DNA from: Paraphysomonas bandaiensis
Lineage: Eukaryota > Protista > Chrysophyceae
Length of the DNA: 64,000 bases
Assembly (NCBI GenBank): GCA_965644295.1
Contig: CBFFRP010000042.1
Span: forward strand, 1 to 64,000
Direction of reading: 5' to 3'
Under the pieces are notes generated by a model, which worked only from the letters and a program-made list of their open reading frames with translations, did not search any database and was not told where the DNA came from. The position numbers were made by a program, and so were the translations under genes. This document shows, piece by piece, positions 14,401 to 26,800 of the stretch. The first letter of the stretch is position 1. Each line of letters starts with the position of its first letter.

Positions 14401-16163
14401 ATTGAACTAGATGGTGATGGTCGGGTCCGACGCAAACGGCTGCAGCGGAGACTGGCAAACGCGTCAGTTTTAGGAGAGATTAATATGGTTGAAGTACCGG
14501 ATGCGCATAATATTGATCTTAACCATGCAGAGACAGAAGATATCAAGATACCAAATTCATATGCCGAGGCAGAGAGATCTCCACAGTATCAACAATGGAG
14601 AAAAGCTCGAATGGTGGAGAAGACATCATTGCTGAAAAGACGTGTCTTGAAGATCGTGAAAATTCCAAGCGGAGTGAAATTAGTTAGAGCGAAATATGTG
14701 CATACGGTGAAGCGAGACATACTAGGGAATATAGTAAAGTACAAGGCTCGGCTAGTGGCATTAGGAAATCTCCAAGAGAAGAAGGAGGAGGAGCCGTCCA
14801 CTTTCGCTCCAGTGGTTAAGGGTATAACCATTAGACTAGTGTTAGCGATTGCGTTTATGTTACAGATGCATGTGCATCAATTAGATGTATCATCCGCATT
14901 TTGCTATGCAGATCTGGAGGATGACGTGTATATGGCACCTCCACCAGATGAGGAATTACTAGCTGGATGGTGTTTTCAACTAATCAAGGCATTGTATGGA
15001 CTGCGATCTTCACCGCGACAGTGGAATAAACATATTGACAAGTTTATTAAATCATTGCATTTTACTCCGTGTATTTTGGATACGTGTTTGTATATGCGAT
15101 GGAGTAACGGAAAACTGCATTTATTATTGATATATGTTGATGATATCATAATTGCATCCGCTGATCTGACTTACTTGGAAAGCGTAAAGCGTAGGTTCTG
15201 TGAAACATTCGAGATGCATGATCTGGGAGTGTGTAAGCGATTTCTGAACATCAGGATAACCAGAGGAGAAAATTGGTATATGTTAGATCAATCTGAGTAT
15301 GCTAAGAATATTATCAAGAAATTCAGCTCAGTTATGGGAAAGAGTAGTAAGAATAAGGAGGCCCCACTACCTACTAATGTTCAGGATCTGTTGGCAGAGG
15401 AACGTGAACTTACGGAGGAGCAGAAGCAGTGGGTTGACTCATTTCCGTATCGGCAAATTATTGGAGCAGTGTTGTATCTAGCAATGCATACTAGACCTGA
15501 TCTGGCTTATGCAGTGGGGTTATTGTCTCGATTTAGTAGTTGTCCGACATATGCATCGTGCAAACTGGCGATTCACTTATTGAAATATTTGCGTGGAACA
15601 ATTGATGAGGGCATCAGATTCAGTGGGAGTGAGTTCGACTTACATGTGTTCAGTGATTCAGATTGGGCTGGTGATAGACTGACTCGGCGATCGACAACAG
15701 GATACATTGTGTTCTTATGTGCAGGCGCATTGGCCTGGCAGTCTAAACTACAGACCACAGTTGCAACTTCGAGCATGGAATCTGAATATATGGCGGAGTA
15801 TGCGGCTATGCAAGAACTGGTGTGGCTTCGGGGGTGTTCAAGGAGCTCGGGCTCTTAGTTGCGAAGCCGACTCCATTCTTTATGGATAGCAAGAGTGCGA
15901 AAGATCTCTCCGAGAATCCTGTGTATCATAAGAGGTCGAAGCATATAGACATCAAGTATCACTGGGTGAGAGAGCATGTAAATGGAAAATTTCCTACGGC
16001 AAAGTTGATTCATGTGTCGACGGATGATATGGCGGCTGATATTTTCACGAAGGCATTGTCAACGAAACTTTTCAGTCGTCATGAGAAAACTATTACCGGG
16101 GTTAAGAGAAGTGTGTCAACCAGAGTTGAGGAGCAGCAGAAGAAGCGACCCCGAAGAGGTTAA
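11451..16163 (+). CDS. Copia Gag-Pol polyprotein split by two single-base homopolymer frameshifts (~12002-12007 and ~15830-15834)
   Basis: Zinc knuckle CRNCKSKEHLAIDC, protease-like YIDTCCS, integrase HHCC (LLHRRAGH..CDVC) and DDE region, RT YKARLVA/LYGLRSS/YVDD, RNase H SDSDWAG..KHIDIKYH..ADIFTK. Confidence 0.9.
11468..11478 (+). other. Primer-binding site, probably tRNA-iMet
   Basis: TGGTAGCGAGC abuts the 5' LTR. It is complementary to a tRNA 3' end ...GCUCGCUACCA with U72, implying the A1:U72 pair typical of eukaryotic initiator tRNA (inference). Confidence 0.75.
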
Positions 16164-16336
16164 AGGTGTGTTTTAGTGGGTGAGAATCCCACATAACTAT
16201 ATATCTAGTTGACTGCTAGTTATATATGTATCTTGATAAGATTTCACATCTATTTTACCTATGAGACTAGTTTATAGCATGAAGATCACTGTACTCATTG
16301 TTGTTTCGTATCACTGCATTCTACATTGAGTGGGAG

Positions 16337-16629
16337 TATTAGAATATGGACTGTATCCTAGTATATTCAATGTGGTACTTGAAGACAATGTACGAGAATA
16401 CAGTGAAGTATGGTGATGTGTAGATGCTGTTATGATATTGAGAAAACTGAAATAGTTTGCTCTTTCAAGATATGTTTAGTAGCGAAAGGTCTACAGAAGT
16501 AGTGATTTATGCATGGCACAAAACGAGCTTGTGTTGTTTAACACAATTTGTGTAAACGATATTAATAAATCTATCTAGTCTAACAACTTAATCTCTCTTT
16601 GATCTAAGTAAAATGAGCATTTCCCAACA
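16337..16629 (+). repeat. 3' LTR (TA...CA)
   Basis: Identical to the 5' LTR and preceded by a polypurine tract. Confidence 0.95.
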
Positions 16630-17038
16630 GAGAGCACGCATTACTATCAGTGCGAGAACTACTTCATAGAGAGTGGCAGATGTTAATAAGAAACCTCACG
16701 CAATATATCAAATTAACTCAATTAATTGAAGCTATAATACGGTTTCTCGTCACTCGTTGCAACTTGCTATATTGATGACTTTACAATCGCTAATTTAGAA
16801 ATATAGAAAGTCACGATCTATTCTCTTACCTATAACCATCAACTTTTACATTTCATCAAGTAATAAAACACTGCCTATTTATCATCAATGGGTACAATTT
16901 GAACACATTCAACTACTACAGCATTGAATGCTGAACCATTAGCAAATCTCAACAAAATATAATATTATATGATCATTTTATAAAAAATGCATCATTGCAT
17001 AACAAATCATACAACACAAAAACCTAAACACCGTCAAT

Positions 17039-18044
17039 CTAACTAGATCCTCGGCTACGAAGTGATGCGTTCAAGCGCTTCAAATCATCGCTACTGCTTG
17101 TTTGAACAGAGGAGCCCACACTACCCATATGCGTACGTTGCCTTTTACCATCTGTTAAACGTAAACGTAACGACATTAATATAGTTCACAGTAAAAACAT
17201 AATCATAATAGACACACCTGCTGACATGGTAGAAGCAGTAGTTTCAGCAGAATCCTTTTCATCTCCAACTACCTCCATGATATCTTCAGTGAATACTACA
17301 TAATATAAGAGCTAGAAGTGAAAGATGATATTATAAATATTTTACCATTTGCTTTATCAGCCAGGGTGCGAAGTAGGTCATTCTGCTGCATTAAATGTGA
17401 CACTGTGTCGATAACTGGTCGGACTTCATGCAAGTCCAGTGCTTGGGCACCCATGTGCAGGTTGAAGAGAGCTGCAGACATATCGTTCAACGATTCCTCG
17501 GCAGCAACACAATCAGATCTAAGTTTGTTATTAGTCGCCACCAACTCCGCATATCGAGCGCGTAAAGAGGCAAGTTTGCTGTTATCTAATGTCGAACTAT
17601 CGGTCTCTGATATCTCAAGATCCACCGTCTGGTCAGTTGTTGGAAATATATTGATGGTAGAGTACAGTTCAAACTTGTCCATGTTTTGCTTTCCATGCTT
17701 CCGCAGAAGATGTGCGAACTTCTGGCAGTACTAAATATAATTTAAACAAAACATGAATATATAGATCTCTGGTCGATCAACTTACACTTGGAATTCGTCG
17801 AGTCACCGATTCTGAAAGTCCCTTGCTTCTTGCAATCTGGAACGCAATAAATCAAGAGATGGATACTAACAAAACAACTCCATACATTTTCGAGCTCTGT
17901 CTGAAAATCATTAGCTGCATGGATCAGCTCGTCGTCGAAAGCTCGCCGAACTACGTAATCCAATGAGGTTACAGTGTGATTAATAACAATCCTAAACCCA
18001 CCATCGCTAAAGAAATCTGACGCGGAAAAGTCTCCGTTCTGCAT
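17039..18044 (-). CDS. MIS12: Kinetochore protein Mis12-like, multi-exon
   Basis: The spliced ORF has an N-terminal FF..V..AF helix region and the Mis12-type motif NMDKFELYSTINIFP, followed by a coiled coil. Family recognised by motif only. Confidence 0.6.
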
Positions 18045-18276
18045 TACAGATTCTCTCACTTTACGTAATCAACAGACATACACAGTCAATTCTTAATTAG
18101 TATACAGCACAAGAGTTGGAGTGCTTTAGAGTGCGGAGCCTCTTTGTGCTGTGTATGTTTTATTTAGAATATCAGGCTATTTTCCACTATAATACTCTCC
18201 GTCTACATAGAAACTGCGGATATAACTCATTTTATGGGGTTTTTGTCATCCACTTATCAGCCTGGAGTTGCAAATC

Positions 18277-18363
18277 AACGGTCGTTTTTGTAATCAACCG
18301 ACGTTACCGGACAGGACCGGACGGGATCACGGAAGAACAAGCTGTAGGAATGAACGGACCGTT
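18277..18363. promoter_or_regulatory. Putative MSA-like (AACGG) elements in the divergent Mis12/SSX2IP promoter
   Basis: TCAACGGTCG at 18275-18284 and GAACGGACCGTT at 18352-18363 (AACGG on both strands). Confidence 0.3.
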
Positions 18364-18647
18364 TGTATCGTTTGTATTGACCTGCTTCATGTATGTGTGT
18401 ATGTGTACACACAGTGCCTGCTGTATTTCAAACTCTTGTATATGAATGCAGTCGTTGAGGTTCTATAAGTGTATGATCAGACGTGACTATAGAGCGCATT
18501 GATAACTTTACTCTGCAGTGTTGCGATAAAATCTCTGTATAGAACCAACTTATAGCCGTCTCTTAGCATTGCACTGCACTCATTTCTATAAGTGTGAGTG
18601 TACATCATATTAATACAGAAGTATAATTCTATTCATTGAACTCAACG

Positions 18648-20553
18648 ATGACTTCAATGGATTTCACTGATATGTTTAAGAATGAGGGGATGTCTGTTGA
18701 TGATGTATACATCGATACAGATGGAGTTGATAGTCCGATGAAGCTCTCAGCCTCTGCTCATGAAGGGGAAGTTGAGGTCGAATATATTAAGAGTAAAATT
18801 GAGGCGTTAGGACTGAGTTGTCCCTCTGATGGCATGAACAGTGCTATGACGGAAATTCTACATCGTTTATTTATGGAGGTGCGATTGAGAGATATTTTAT
18901 ATGTGAAATAAGTAGTTTGCAGAGAGATCACTGGCAGAATCAGACTGAGCATATATCGGGCATGTGTTCTACCATGAAAACCAAGATAGATAATCTGGAA
19001 CGGCAGAAAGAGGCCGATGCTGCCAGAATCACAGTATTAAACCAGGTATGTGGCAGATCATATGTCTAAGAGTGTAATATGTTGGGAAGGATGTGAATGC
19101 TGCGAATGAAAAGATGAGTGCCTTACGTGCGGAGCAGCGTGAGCTGAAGTGTCTCTGGTTAAGTGAAAAGAGCGAACTCGAGAGTCGATGCTTTCAATTA
19201 CAGGCTCTACACACCCAACTACAGGGCACTTTACGCAAAAAAGAGAGGGACTATGACAGGCTGCAGACACAACTTAGTAAGGCTGTGAAAGAATCTCAAA
19301 AGCCCCCTCGAGGAGGATCCGGACAGCAGCAGGGATTTACTCCTGTGATATCTATCTCCCAACCACTTAAAAAGAACTCGAGTCAATCCCAAGCAACGCA
19401 GGGAACTCTTTTGGACGCTGAATTGACCGCTGTTAGGAGTACTGTTGCAACGTTGGAGGTAGTTTTTTGTTATCGCCATTGCGTTTGGTGTGAAGTTAAT
19501 GTTCGTTTCAGGCAGAGAACAGCAATTTGAGGGAGGCTGTTGAAGAACTTACAGTTACCTTTGAAGAGTTCCAGGCTAAGATGACAAGAGAGGTTCTCGA
19601 ACATACTAATTCCGCACCCACGAACCCTGACCTGTTCTGTGGAGATGATATTGAGAACATGTCTTGTCTAGAGCAAGCCAAGTGTGTGGAGCAGCGCCTG
19701 GACGCTACGTCTGCCATTTTGGGAGGTCGAAATTCAAGCGAAGGGATGCATACACCTAATGGAAGTCCTCGCAAAGCATTGGGTGTATTGGCAACTCCTG
19801 GGATAGGACGGAGGGGTATAGTAGGTACTCCCGCTGCACGACCAATGGACTGGCTCGTGAAGCAGGCCAGTACCGAGGTTAAAGCGCTCCGAGAGCGGGC
19901 GGAGGGCCTCCGGTGGAATATTCCCCAATCAAACAAAGAAAATGTCGAAAATTGTGGTGATGATTGTGCAGATGAGGTTGACGTAGGTAAGGGCATGGAG
20001 AGAGCTAGAAAGTACAAACTGCAGCTGGAAGAGGCAATGTCAGTAATTTTTGAACAGGACAGACTCATTCATGCCGGTACTTTTCTACAAATAATATATA
20101 CCTGGAACTCAACTCGACTTTTATCTTGTATAGCGCTGGTAGGGAATCTATCCTCAGTACGAGATAAGGATGGTGCGGAGTATGCCGAAGAGGACGAGGA
20201 CCCAGAACTGGAGTACTCGGAAGATACAGTATTCGATCTGCACACTCACAGTGAGGCCGGACTATCGGGCCGTACACCTGGAAAAATGCGAAGCTCGTAT
20301 GATCCTTCAGACTGGAGCCTTGGAGACATCCTTCCGGCAGGTGAGAAAACTAGATACTATTTGTTGTGTGGAAAGGAGATATTGCAGCCAGTAGACTAAT
20401 ATACATGACTTGTATGTAGTGAGCCCTGATACGATGGCAGTTTTGAAGGCTGCCAACTTCACAACATTGCCAACTGTGACAACTACGTCGGAAGCAGACG
20501 GAAATCAAGATGGTATTGACCCCGTGTCATTGTCAATGGCAGATGAAGGATAA
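18648..20553 (+). CDS. SSX2IP/Msd1 (ADIP domain)-like centrosomal coiled-coil protein, multi-exon
   Basis: Spliced ORF from ATG 18648 to TAA 20553. YIKSKIEALGL followed by a long coiled coil ending LRKKERDYDRLQTQL resembles the afadin/alpha-actinin-binding domain. Confidence 0.55.
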
Positions 20554-20798
20554 GTCCCATTGAAGTAAATACGCAGCTTTTTGTAGACCACTGTGCAATA
20601 ATAAATATTTATTCAGCAAGCCCACGGAAATTTATTAATAATACTTATATCACTATGGAAGAATATGTTATACATATTTTGTTATACATACATATTATTT
20701 GTTGTACTCTAGCGCACAAAGAATATATATCATTTTGTTAGTTTGCAGTACCAAACGTGAGTATCAATATATCCTGTAATTTCACATGCTAAGTACTC

Positions 20799-23100
20799 GT
20801 AGTGAATGTCTTATTATTAGGAATGTGGGTTAAGAGTCAGGACTAATTTAGCATTGCAAATTTATTGAAAAGCTTTTTATTTAGCAATAGGAGTTAATAA
20901 CCTGCACAAATGCAGTGGCTAGTTGAATGCTAGACATACTATTTAGACCGCTACCCATAACTAATCAGCACAAATTCTATTATCCTACTATTTAATGCTA
21001 CGGAAGCTGCTTGTGCGTCGCCGCAAGCACCAAGGTGCGACCACTTCCGTTCTTAATGTTGATTATGAGTTGCGTCATGCTCGTGTGTCCTAGGACTCAC
21101 TGGCGCGTGGTATTAGGTAGTCTCCCCTAAAAGGCTTGGGATGAGTTTCCACCAGGCTCTGGGGTACGGGGTTCTGTATTAAGGACTTGAGTGTACCAAG
21201 TGCTAGTTGTGTGTGCTGAGAGGTGGGTGGAGAGGTGGAATGTGGCGCTGTCTCATTGCACTGTTTCGGTCTCAGGCATAGGTAGAGTTGCCGGAGGCGG
21301 CGTCGTTGTCTAGGGCCTGAATTTTTCGTGCGGGCCGGTGATGTGTTCCTGTGTGTATGAGTGTTGGGGTTCGCGTGTGCGGTGGTAGGCGGTCCAGTCT
21401 CGGGTCGGCGGCGGACTCCTAGTAATCGTAGCACCCTTGGGCGTTTCCATTGCAGTCTACGTTTTTGACGCGGTCGCGGGAGTAGCCTAGGGGGTCGGGT
21501 AACATATCGTCTACTTCGGTCTTGGATCATGAGCTTTGCTGCAGCAAAAATCGGGAGAAGCAGGCTGATGACCGCTGATTCAAGGTTGCGCAGACCTTGA
21601 GGTGTCAGGGACTCATGAATGTGATCTCCAAAAACCACCTGCGGGAAGGAGTGGTTCCAGGCCCTGCTGGACGGAGAGCCGCTGTAGCGCATTGGTGGTC
21701 CAGTAGTGGGGTAGATCCTGATCTCTCAGTACCTCTTGAAGCGCGTTTTTGTGGCTGTGAAAGGCAGTCTCCCGTATCTGAGTGATGTTGTCATTTATGT
21801 GCTTGAGTGAATCTAGTCGAAAGCCGCAGTCAGAACATGCGGCTTTGGCCAGGTCGAGACCGTGGTTGATTTTTGCCCGGTCTCTCCCTATGCTGAAAGA
21901 TTTGTCCCATGTCAATGCTGCATTGAACACTCTCTGGCGTAGGTGTGAACTATCTTTATTCTTTGACGGACCGCCATCTGCTTGTGGCAGTTTGCGCGGA
22001 AGTAGTGCCCCGCTGTCTGTCCAATATCCAGGTGCCCAGTCGGGATTGTGACCGTAGCGTTGATCTCGAAGTGCAGTGTAGTAGGTCTCCAGCGTTCATT
22101 GCCTACGGGGTGATTGAAAGTCCGTATAAGAAGCGGGCTTGTATAGAGCGGCCGTCGTTCCCCTGATATAGGCGCTAGTGCCATAAACTCACCGTGAGTA
22201 TTCGTTCAATGGCTTGGTCTACTTTTTGACAGTGTAATTTTGTCGTCCCAGAAGTCGGTCAACTTCAAGCCAGTCCTCTCCGGCTATTGCGTCTGCAATG
22301 TAAATGCCTTTTTGTCTTCTTCATATGTGGTACGTCGTTCAGGGTGTGATCGGACCCAGGTTACATTCCTTTTACAAGCTGTATTTGCCGCAATGCTTTC
22401 AAGCAGTACACCTTTGGCACGATGTTCTAGGGCCCGACGTCTGGAGGAAAGTGCCTCGTCAGTTCAGAGGCATACGGCCTTTTACAGTCTGTGTTGATCG
22501 GTATGTGTGCAGGGAGGCGCTCAGAGAATTTAAGTGCCTTAGCAGCTCCCATGAGTTCAAGTCCAGGTACGTCTCTAAAGGGTGTTTCTAAACACAGGAT
22601 TTTTGTAGTGCCGTTTTCCCATTCATCCTTTGGGGAGAGACCGACAGCCGCCGCCCCTCCGTGATGTGTCCATCTTGAGCGCGGGTGTACATGCGTAATA
22701 CGGCGTGGGGAAAGAGCTCCGGGCGTGTATGATCCGTCTGTGAAGATTGCTTGTGTGGTAAGTATCTGAGTCGGCATCGTCGAGTCCTAGGGTGCGTATA
22801 AAAGCATTGCAAGTTAATGAATTGGTATTTAACTCTTATATCTTATATCTTATATCCTACTATATTATAGCGCTACGAAAGCTGCATGTCTGTCACCGCT
22901 AGCACCAAAAGGGGCAACCACTTTTGCTCTATCACTCAAAGCAGACACCGTGAAAAAACAGAACATTGATAAGCATCTTCCGACTTAAGATTTGAGACCT
23001 TTAGGTAAACTACCTGGATGCTTAACTTCAGCAGGCAGCCCAATACCCCGGACGCCGAATGTCTTTGAGGTGGGTCCATTCTCGGATGCCTGTTTATAAG
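20799..23100 (-). mobile_element. Non-LTR family member (host copy) interrupted by a nested sibling; 5' limit approximate
   Basis: Core motif at 22875-22927, 3' terminal motif ...CCTAATAATAAGACATTCACTAC ending at 20799, and upstream segment homologous to 35640-35770 and 42620-42890. Confidence 0.7.
20860..22802 (-). mobile_element. 5'-truncated, frameshifted non-LTR retrotransposon with RNase H and CCHC-like knuckle
   Basis: Broken ORFs encode IFTDGSY, ELMGAA, INTDCK, WVRSHPERR, IADA and CSDCGFRLDSLKH. Core at 21000-21050. Flanked by a 10-bp duplication AGCATTGCAA (20850-20859, 22803-22812). Confidence 0.85.
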
Positions 23101-23867
23101 TCACCACAGCATCAAGGTTGCTAAATAATCAACTGTCACGCTGCCCTGCTAAACAATATCAATTGCTTGCAATGTTATTTATTCGGACAGCAAGTAATAA
23201 TTGAATTTTTAATTTACTGCAACCTGCGCCAATTAATTTTTACGCAGTCCTATTAAGTATAATTATAATTTTTGATTATTAATAAGTGAGTTCAACGTTC
23301 AGGTACTTAAGATTACCCGAATATGTCAAATGTTGATATTCCAAGCACTCTTGACTCTTGACATCCCAAGCAGGGCTATGAACAACATTTCATAACATCT
23401 CTAACTGGTCCAACTATTGCAATATTTTATATATTAGTAGTATCGTTAATAAGCAACCTAATATATGCGCATATTCCATTTTTATAGTGTTGAGAACTGA
23501 AAGTTCTATATACTTGCAATTGAGACAGTATTATGTGATATGTAATTAGTACATTATATTGTGTAGTCGAAGTTGGTGACTATACAGGATACACTCACTG
23601 AGTGTTTGGTTTGTACAGTATAGCAGTAAATGATAGTTTCAGCTTGTTTCGCCGGTCAACCAATCTTTCACAATCAATCGCCAACCCTGAAATTATATAT
23701 GTCCAATTTGGTCAAATATAAGGCAATGCTATTGCACTTCGTGATATCACAAAATCCAGTTACCCAACAATAACGTCAATATTATTATATAATAATATTC
23801 AGAACAATTGCATCTCCCGAATGAGAACCAAAAAAGAAACAAGTACACCTTCAAATAATAAAAATCC

Positions 23868-23896
<29 letters not shown>
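23868..23896. repeat. (TACA)n microsatellite
   Basis: About 7 tandem TACA units immediately 3' of the LRR gene stop codon. Confidence 0.9.
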
Positions 23897-23898
<2 letters not shown>

Positions 23899-23899
<1 letters not shown>

Positions 23900-26800
23900 T
23901 ACTTTCTCGATTTCTTCGGAATAGACCCTGACTTGGTGGCTTTCTTTTTGTTTCTGGATGATTGTGGAACTGGTTTTCTTGCTGACACTGTAGAGTCCAA
24001 TTCTTCAGAATTTTCTCCAACTATTTCTTCAATAGCACCGTACATTGCAGCAGAAATGTGTAGTCTACGGAACACTGCCTCCACACTATCTCCCTGTGCT
24101 ATCTGTGCCGAGCTTGAATTAAGAGGGGTCAACAACTCTTGCCAATAATCTATGATTTAAGAATCAAATTCATCGTGCAGAGAAAAAATAAAGCGCTTAC
24201 GCATATTTAACTTGGCATAACGAGGTCCTTCAATTTCGCTGTGTATAAGCTTGCCTCGGACAATCATCGAAAGCTTATTGTTTGTGTCATTGATGAGATC
24301 TTCCTCATCGATTGCTACCTATATCCACCACAACATGTTAAATACTAGATGCACTACAGCCACAACTATACCATGTGTAATAATGATTTCCGTAAGTTGA
24401 CATTCGGTATGCACCCTCTCAGCTTTTTTCCTTCCCCAGAGTAGTAACACAGCGATAGAATCCCTTTGACTGGCATGTTGCTATCATCCATCCACCCTTG
24501 AGTAAGTACCCACCCAGGAATATCGTCCTTGTCATAACCCCAGCGAAACGTAGGATCCAGCCAGGTCTCACCTGGCTCTACTACTGACATGACCGCAAGC
24601 ATCTTGGCGACCATCCTTTGTTCTCGATGTGCAAGATTTAGATATATATAGCCGTCTGGCTTCAAGGGGTTGAATATATTCAGAAGTCCAATGCGACAAA
24701 TAATACACGCCGTTTCGTATGGCGTCAACAGCTCCAAAACGATATCGAAGTTATGTATATCCGCCAGTCTGTAGAAGAGGACGACCACCAACTCCACTCG
24801 GTAGGTCCCAAAACTTTTCGTGTGTGGCTCATTCCCTATACCAAAGCATTTTAATATAGCAACTAAGTGGCGACACAGCATCCAAGTGCGGGAGAGTACA
24901 TCCAGGAGTGCCTCAACAATATATGCAGCCTTTCCAGCAGCATTTCCTGTCATTTTTATGCCATTTCTATACTCATTCAAATACTCTAGAGTATTGGACG
25001 GTTTCAACTTTTTTGGGTTTACTTTAGATTTAGATTCCTGTCTTTTCATTTCGGGTGTCGGTGAGGACTGCGGTAACATCACGACACCATTGGTAGCCGT
25101 TGGTGAGGACTGGGAAACTGTATCTGCTGTCGCTCCATCAAGCTCATTTTGTTGATGAGACAACAGAGTAGAAACCGTTAGGCGGGACCTCATGTCAAGC
25201 GATAGAGATGATATTCTACATTTACGACGGACATTCTCTGGGTGAGGGATACCTGCGCCACATTCCTCTTGGGCTGCACTATTTGGAGCGGTACTGTTCC
25301 AGTCGATAGTTTCTTGTGTCGACGTAGTTGGAACAACACTTGATTGAGTGGAAGTCATCGCTGACTTTCTCACGGCATCTCTCATTTTACGTTTCGCAAG
25401 CAGCAACGCTGGAATCACATTAAATGAGGTTGTTGCACTCGATTCCGATGAGTCCAGCGTAGGTGTTGACGAGCTCTCTACCGGTTTACTAAACGGAAAA
25501 TCCTTAAAACCGGAACGGGAAGTGGCAGGTCTAACCATTGCCTCCCGCTTATCCTTTCTCCCTTGGAAGGAATTCACGGCCCGAACCGTATGACCCAGCA
25601 TTCGTATAGAGTTTTTTCTCGCTTTGGAATTACTACTAGGGGAGGTGACATGAGCACCATTACTTTCAAGAGAATGGGATCTGCTAAGCCTCAAAAAAAT
25701 ATCATCGTCATCAGACTCAGACGATGAGTCGGCACGAACAGCGTTTCGTCCCCCCTCCCGTCGCTTCTCCATCGCCCGCTGGTACTGCTTTTTTCTCAAT
25801 GGAAGCTTTTCGTAGAATTCTACAATGCACGCATGTATCTCCCAGGCGCGTTGTCTGTCATTGATGGAAGTGAACTGGCCAGTGCCAGGAAGGTCTCTAC
25901 TTGTGACTGTACGCATCGCTTGTAAGTCCGAGTGCAGCCACTTGACGTCACTCTCTACAATCAAATCTAAATTGACAAGTACATTCGCACATCTGGTGTC
26001 GCTCATGATGGCAACGTTACCAGGACATTTCGTTGCCCCGCTAAAATCAAAAGACACTTTCCCCCTCCTCGGCATTGGGTTAAACATTTCTATCGTTATA
26101 GGTGACGGTTGACCATCTACGAACGCATTTCTGAAAGATGACCAATCGCCAAGTTGGCTGAGATCCCCAGTAATTCCATATCCAAAGAGGCTTGACTTCA
26201 TAGCCTGCTCTCTCTTAGTCTGACTCTGCTCCAGCAACTTCGCCATACAGCTTCTATCGTTCTCATTGGATAGATCTAATTCATAGTAACCGTTATACAT
26301 GCCCAGAATTGGCTTCATTGCATGACCCATATTTCTCTCTAGCCGCTTGTAACTGGTTTTATCGTACTGAAGAACTTTCAGAACCATATTACGGGCATCC
26401 CTACTATTCTCCATGCGGGGAAGAATCATTTGTGCCACTTCTACCTTGTCATGTATCTCCGTGTTTATCGCGTTGCATATCTGAATAGCCTCTCGTTCCC
26501 GCAGCTTTGAGTTCTGAATAGCATACCGCATCACTTTTGCAATGCTCTCGGTTCCTTTCTGAAGTAACTCCATCATATGAGTCAGGTCAAGCGCGGAAAT
26601 GACCTTTTGGGTCTCTTTGTTTGTAAATGTGTCCCCTATTGACAAAAAGAGAGTACCATTTGTTGGAGGTATGTAACGTGTGTTAGTTGTGGCATCAACG
26701 AGGATAGGTAATTGAGTCATGTCCCTGATTCTGGCGCTAGCTTCCTCGTCCTGCAAACTTAGAAAGTCCATGAATTCTGGTAACTCTAAACATCCAGTGC

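Larger units (their letters stand above)
11175..16629 (+). mobile_element. Ty1/copia LTR retrotransposon, full length
   Basis: Identical 293-bp LTRs (11175-11467, 16337-16629), PBS TGGTAGCGAGC at 11468, PPT GAGTGGGAG before the 3' LTR, and domain order Gag-PR-INT-RT-RH. Confidence 0.96.

Noticed and set aside
703-20553. Chromosome-segregation gene cluster (Scc3, Mis12, SSX2IP)
   Set aside because: Interrupted by unrelated genes and a possible breakpoint at the copia element. Three genes are compatible with chance.
21000-21050. Core motif as an HDV-like or twister ribozyme, or a tRNA
   Set aside because: I could not fit P3/P1.1/P4 of HDV, twister consensus residues, or a cloverleaf on either strand by eye. 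Left as an unknown structure.
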